A stretch of DNA of 64,000 nucleotides, taken from Candidatus Latescibacterota bacterium. GTDB lineage: Bacteria > Latescibacterota > UBA2968 > GCA-2709665. Location of the stretch: the NCBI GenBank assembly GCA_965219995.1, contig CBDCOX010000002.1:32001-96000 (forward strand), written 5' to 3'. A program made the translations under genes and the position numbers. Below, piece after piece: positions 60,237-64,000 of the stretch (the first letter of the stretch is position 1; each line of letters starts with the position of its first letter). Below the pieces are notes generated by a model. It did no database searches. It saw only the letters and a list, made by a program, of their open reading frames with translations, and was not told the origin of the DNA.

Positions 60237-62765
60237 CTAAGCAGCAAACTGATTTAGCGGGACGTAGTCCTTGACGTATTCGGGGACGAGTTTGCGGTAT
60301 TTCTCCGGTACGGCGCCAAGGTCCTTCATTGAGAGAACGGGGTTGGTGGCCAGGCCGGTGTAGTCCCGGTTTTCGATGATGTGACGTACCTGGTCGCTGG
60401 TGACGTACGCTTTGAAGTAGTTCTTGATCGCGGGGATGGACTCGACCTGTTCGGGGGTATAGTCGGCCACGAACTTCCCGAATTCCTCTTCCAGCATCTC
60501 ATCTTTGGATTTAAACCGCGGAATCAGCCCAAACACCTTTTCCAGGATCTCCCTGAGCGTGATGCGACGGTCCACGGCTGCGGCCTTGCGCAGCTTTTCG
60601 AGCGTGTAATACTCCTCGGGCCGGTCGAAGACTTCCCGGTTGACGTAGTCGATGACCCGGTCCCACTGCCCCGCCTCCACGGCCTGCGCGATGACGTCAT
60701 CCTTCCGAACAGCATCCTCGAATTTCTCGAAGAACATCCGATCGATCCTCATCCCTTCCGCTCCGACGGCCTCGACCTTGATGGTCGACAGGATGTCCCG
60801 ACCCAGGTACTCGTAGGCACCAGCGTCGGCGACGGGAGTATTCGGATCCTCTTTTTCGATAGCAACCTTGTAGGAAGGCAGTCCCAACACTTCGTCGTAG
60901 TTGAACTCGGTTTCGAAGTATTCGCAGTTGGCGAAGAAGTCGAACAGCTTGAACTCGGTCTTATCCGGCTCGTCTACGCGTTCCGCGATGGCCGGATTCT
61001 GCAACTGTTCGAGGAAGTTATGCTTCCTTGTACCTCGCCCCTTGATCTGGATGAAGTCGGTGGGCGAGAAGATCGGGCGAAAGAGACCGAGATTAAGGAT
61101 GTCGGTACAATCATATCCCGTTGTCATCATGCCGACCGTCACACAAACCCGCGCTTTGCTCGTCAGATACTCAGGGAGGAAGTTCCCGGATCCGAGCAGG
61201 TTATTGTTGCTGAAATTAACGGTGAACCGCTGGGCATCCGAAATCTGCGATGTGACCTGTACGGCGAAGTCCGACTTGTATCTGTCCGGAAACATGACGT
61301 GAGCCATCAGGTTGAGGATTTGAGTCAGTTTTGCAGCGTGTTTTTGACTGACGGCGAAGACGATGGACTTGCCGATTTCGCCGCTGACGGGGTCACGAAG
61401 CGCGTTTTCGAGGAACGTCTTGCAGAAGAGCTGGTTGGTCGCGTCGGAATAGAATCGCTTCTCGAACTCACGCTTTTTGTAAGCCTCTTCCTGTTCTTCA
61501 CCCTCATCGTCCGTAAATGATACGACGAATCCCTGTTCGGAGAGCAACTTTGTTGTCACTTTCGTTCGCGCGTCAACGACCGTCGGGTTGATCAGATAGC
61601 CGTCCTTCACGCCGTCCAGCAGGGAGTATTTGAATGTGGGCTGCCCGCTTTCGCACCCAAATGTACGGTAGGTGTCCAGGAGCAAACGGCGTTCTGCTTC
61701 GCGCGGGTCCCGCGTGGTCGGGCTGGTCCCGTCGAATCCTCTCAGATAGTCCCGGGGAGTTGCGGTCAGGCCCAGTTTGTACCCGACGAAGTAGTCGAAT
61801 ACGGACCGGGCGTTGCCACCGATGGACCGGTGGGCTTCGTCGGAGATGACGAGGTCGAAGTCGGTGGGCGAAAACAGCGATTGGTACTTATTGTTGAACA
61901 GCAGCGACTGGACCGTGGTGACGACGATCTCCGCGGAACGCCAGTCGTCCCGCCGTTCCTTGTAGATCACCGTTTGGAAGTCAGCCGAAAGCAGGGCGGT
62001 GAAGACCTTCCTCGCCTGTTCCTCGAGTTCCAGCCGGTCGACGAGAAACAGCACACGAGAGGCATTGCCGGAGCGCAGAAAGAGCTTGATCACAGCCGCG
62101 GACACCAGGGTCTTGCCGGTTCCGGTGGCCATTTCGAACAGGAACCGGTCTTTCCCGTCCTTCACGATCCTCTGAAGCGTATGAACGGCCCGGAGTTGGT
62201 AGGGGCGGAGGAAATTCAATCCGTTGGACTTGATAAAGGCGGGGCGTTCGGCTTCGTTCGTCCACGCCGCTTCCGAGGCATAATTCGGCCGCTGGGTGAG
62301 TACGATGTAATCCTCACTGACGGACTCATCGACCAGGCGCTGAGGGTTGGGCTGGACTTTATTGTAGTTGGTTACGGAGTCCGGCGTCGGGAAGGAAGTG
62401 ATGACGTACGGATTGCCTCTCTCGAGGTCCCAGAAGTAATGCAGATTTCCGTTCGACAGGATGACGAAGCGGCAGTTCTGCGAGCGGGCGTATTTTCGTG
62501 CCTGTTCTTTGCCCACCAGCGGGTTTTTGTCCTCCGACTTGGCCTCCAGGACGATCAGCGGGAAGCCTTTTTCGTCAAGGAGGAGAAAGTCTACGCGACC
62601 TGTCGCGTTCTCAAAGTCGTCGCCCAGTGCGTCCAGGTCGGCCTTCTTCAGCTTGACGCTCGCCTCGACGCGAATGTTGGCAGGCTTGCCTTCATTGTCG
62701 AAGAACCGCCACCCCGCCGCCTCGAGCAGTTTGTTGATCTTGATCCTCGCCGCTGCTTCGTTCAT
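60237..62765 (-). CDS. hsdR: Type I restriction subunit R (HsdR-like SF2 helicase-nuclease)
   Basis: VDFLL..LEAK nuclease motif, QARKYA, MATGTGKT, DEAH, GLTATP, TTGYD, QIKGRGTR. Confidence 0.9.
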   Translation of the reverse strand: MNEAAARIKINKLLEAAGWRFFDNEGKPANIRVEASVKLKKADLDALGDDFENATGRVDFLLLDEKGFPLIVLEAKSEDKNPLVGKEQARKYARSQNCRFVILSNGNLHYFWDLERGNPYVITSFPTPDSVTNYNKVQPNPQRLVDESVSEDYIVLTQRPNYASEAAWTNEAERPAFIKSNGLNFLRPYQLRAVHTLQRIVKDGKDRFLFEMATGTGKTLVSAAVIKLFLRSGNASRVLFLVDRLELEEQARKVFTALLSADFQTVIYKERRDDWRSAEIVVTTVQSLLFNNKYQSLFSPTDFDLVISDEAHRSIGGNARSVFDYFVGYKLGLTATPRDYLRGFDGTSPTTRDPREAERRLLLDTYRTFGCESGQPTFKYSLLDGVKDGYLINPTVVDARTKVTTKLLSEQGFVVSFTDDEGEEQEEAYKKREFEKRFYSDATNQLFCKTFLENALRDPVSGEIGKSIVFAVSQKHAAKLTQILNLMAHVMFPDRYKSDFAVQVTSQISDAQRFTVNFSNNNLLGSGNFLPEYLTSKARVCVTVGMMTTGYDCTDILNLGLFRPIFSPTDFIQIKGRGTRKHNFLEQLQNPAIAERVDEPDKTEFKLFDFFANCEYFETEFNYDEVLGLPSYKVAIEKEDPNTPVADAGAYEYLGRDILSTIKVEAVGAEGMRIDRMFFEKFEDAVRKDDVIAQAVEAGQWDRVIDYVNREVFDRPEEYYTLEKLRKAAAVDRRITLREILEKVFGLIPRFKSKDEMLEEEFGKFVADYTPEQVESIPAIKNYFKAYVTSDQVRHIIENRDYTGLATNPVLSMKDLGAVPEKYRKLVPEYVKDYVPLNQFAA

Positions 62766-62790
62766 TCTGATATCTTTTCAGAAATTAACC

Positions 62791-63132
62791 AACATGGATG
62801 GACAGGATGGACAGGATAAAAACCGCAAGAAACTACGAAAACAACAAAAGCCACAAAAGGCACAAACTGGGCAGATCAAAACATCCAACATGGATGGGCA
62901 GGATGGGCAGGATAAAACCACACAAAACAACGAAAACACCGAGAGCCACAAAATGCACAAAGGGCACAAACAGGGGAAAACCAGGACCACTAAAGAATGT
63001 ACTGGAAGAACTGTATGAGTTGATTGTGTCTCTTCCTCAGCAGCGACTCCCGATCTGATCTGCGTGATCTTGGCCGTTGAACCTCTTTATTGTTCGCCTG
63101 CTCTTATCCGGTCTGTCCTGCTATGTCCATGG
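62791..63132. repeat. Family A doublet interleaved with family B units, plus a degenerate inverted copy
   Basis: +62791, +62887, GCCACAAAAGGCACAAA units, - copy 63104-63132. Confidence 0.8.
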
Positions 63133-63150
63133 TCCCCTGTTTCAAGCGCT

Positions 63151-63369
63151 TTACTCGAACAGCGTTCGTGGTAGCCCCGATTGCCGAATGATTGCCATCA
63201 GTGTCCCTTTTCGTAGTTCCTTGTGGTCAGGAACCGGTACAGTGATCGTACTCTCGGACGTGATCCTCTGCATGACGACATGGCTGCTCCTGCGCCGGAC
63301 TTCGGTAAATCCGTGGTCCGCGAGTATTTCACAGGTTTCGCGTCCCGACAATACCCGAAGTCTAACCAA
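63151..63369 (-). CDS. hicA: HicA family toxin
   Basis: LSGRETCEIL..GF..R..SH..TVPVP.H.EL..GTL..IIRQSGL. Confidence 0.88.
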   Translation of the reverse strand: MVRLRVLSGRETCEILADHGFTEVRRRSSHVVMQRITSESTITVPVPDHKELRKGTLMAIIRQSGLPRTLFE

Positions 63370-63583
63370 TGGCAACCTCCACCTGGGTTACGTACACTTC
63401 CTCGTGCAGGCGCTGCTGAATCTCAGTATCTGAGGCCGTTTCCAGGAACAACTCCAACGCCTCCTTCAGGTTTCCCCTTGCTTCAGAAACGGTTCCACCC
63501 TGACTCGCGATGTCCACTTCAGGGCACAGGGCAACGTATCCATCGCCTTCGCGTTCTATAATTGCAGTCAACTTTCTTGTCAT
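63362..63583 (-). CDS. hicB: HicB family antitoxin
   Basis: AIIEREGDGYVALCPEVDIASQGGTVSEARGNLKEALELFLE. Confidence 0.92.
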   Translation of the reverse strand: MTRKLTAIIEREGDGYVALCPEVDIASQGGTVSEARGNLKEALELFLETASDTEIQQRLHEEVYVTQVEVAIG

Positions 63584-63735
63584 CGCAAGCTCCCGTCGTG
63601 AGGATTTCCTTGTTTGACGCTTTCCTTCCTCCTCCGCTTTTGCAGTTGCCATTCATCACAGCCGTTTCCCGCCGTTATGATGTTGTCTGATTTTCGTTCT
63701 TCGACTTGGTTCTTCCCGTTTTTTAGCTTTCTGTT

Positions 63736-63895
63736 TTTATCCTGCTGATCCGGTGTATCCATGTTGTCCGGTTTTGATCTTTCGGTTTGGTTCTTCCCCG
63801 CTGTTGTCCCATGTTTTGGTTTTCTGCCTTTATCCTGTCCATCCTGTATATCCATGTTCCCCTGTATCAATCCTCGATGGTCCTTCGCTACCACC
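63736..63895 (-). repeat. Family A doublet at the right boundary of the island
   Basis: - copies 63736-63765 and 63829-63858; the flank to 63895 matches 45952-45988. Confidence 0.8.
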
Positions 63896-63998
63896 CGCCC
63901 ACCTGCGTCCGGTCCACGATATCCCGTGTGAGAATGTCGAACGCGGCGCCGAGGCCTGCGTGCCGGGCTTCCTCGCGCTGGCCCGCGGCGCTGTAGAT
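63888..63998 (-). CDS. 3' end of a probable LptE family lipoprotein (truncated by the window)
   Basis: Manual translation IYSAAGQREEARHAGLGAAFDILTRDIVDRTQVGGW* resembles the DIV..T..GW tail of LptE-family proteins. Confidence 0.55.
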   Translation of the reverse strand: MYSAAGQREEARHAGLGAAFDILTRDIVDRTQVGGW

Positions 63999-64000
63999 GC

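Noticed and set aside
63580-63894. Small ORFs containing MDGQDGQD/MDRMDRI peptides (also 44752, 44876, 62798)
   Set aside because: Translations of the repeat itself with no independent coding evidence.
44790-63895. Family A repeats as a CRISPR array
   Set aside because: Mixed orientation, irregular spacing from ~50 bp to kilobases, degenerate copies, and no cas genes.
44790-63895. Canonical integron or prophage
   Set aside because: No tyrosine recombinase or phage structural genes, and I could not see attC-type RYYYAAC..GTTRRRY architecture.

Overview
High-GC diderm bacterial chromosome segment. The lineage cannot be fixed from the sequence; DUF4837, LptE, TonB and PhyH-type genes would fit an FCB-superphylum relative such as Latescibacterota or Gemmatimonadota. 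The first ~44.7 kb is mostly core and metabolic DNA: a BlaI/BlaR1(M56)-DUF4837 pair, a TetR-RND efflux operon, an AAA-DUF4143 ATPase, catabolic enzymes, pfkA-gap-pgk-tpiA-secG-tRNA-Leu, comF, a HAD-YvcK fusion, radC, an ABC-2/HlyD exporter and cysK. From ~44.8 kb to 63.9 kb, between a NUDIX gene and lptE, lies an accessory/defence island. It contains vapBC, an AhpD-like gene with an in-frame UGA in a CxxU motif and a SECIS-like hairpin (probable selenoprotein), YjzC, a proteasome-beta-like Ntn protein, an IS1595 relic, an intact IS21 and a SIR2-like effector. It also contains DUF2188, a ubiquitin-like conjugation operon (Ubl + E2-E1 fusion + DUF6527) with divergent XRE + ImmA/IrrE regulators, a type I-like RM system with fused M-S, and hicAB. 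The most unexplained structure is about 16 copies of a ~30-bp 9-mer-periodic repeat (AACATGGATGGACAGGATGGACAGGATAAA). These are confined to the island and sit at cargo-gene boundaries as inverted pairs and direct repeats, with one copy translated in frame inside the methyltransferase. This suggests a repeat-delimited cassette accretion system with no integrase in view. All family assignments are by motif recognition, not database search.
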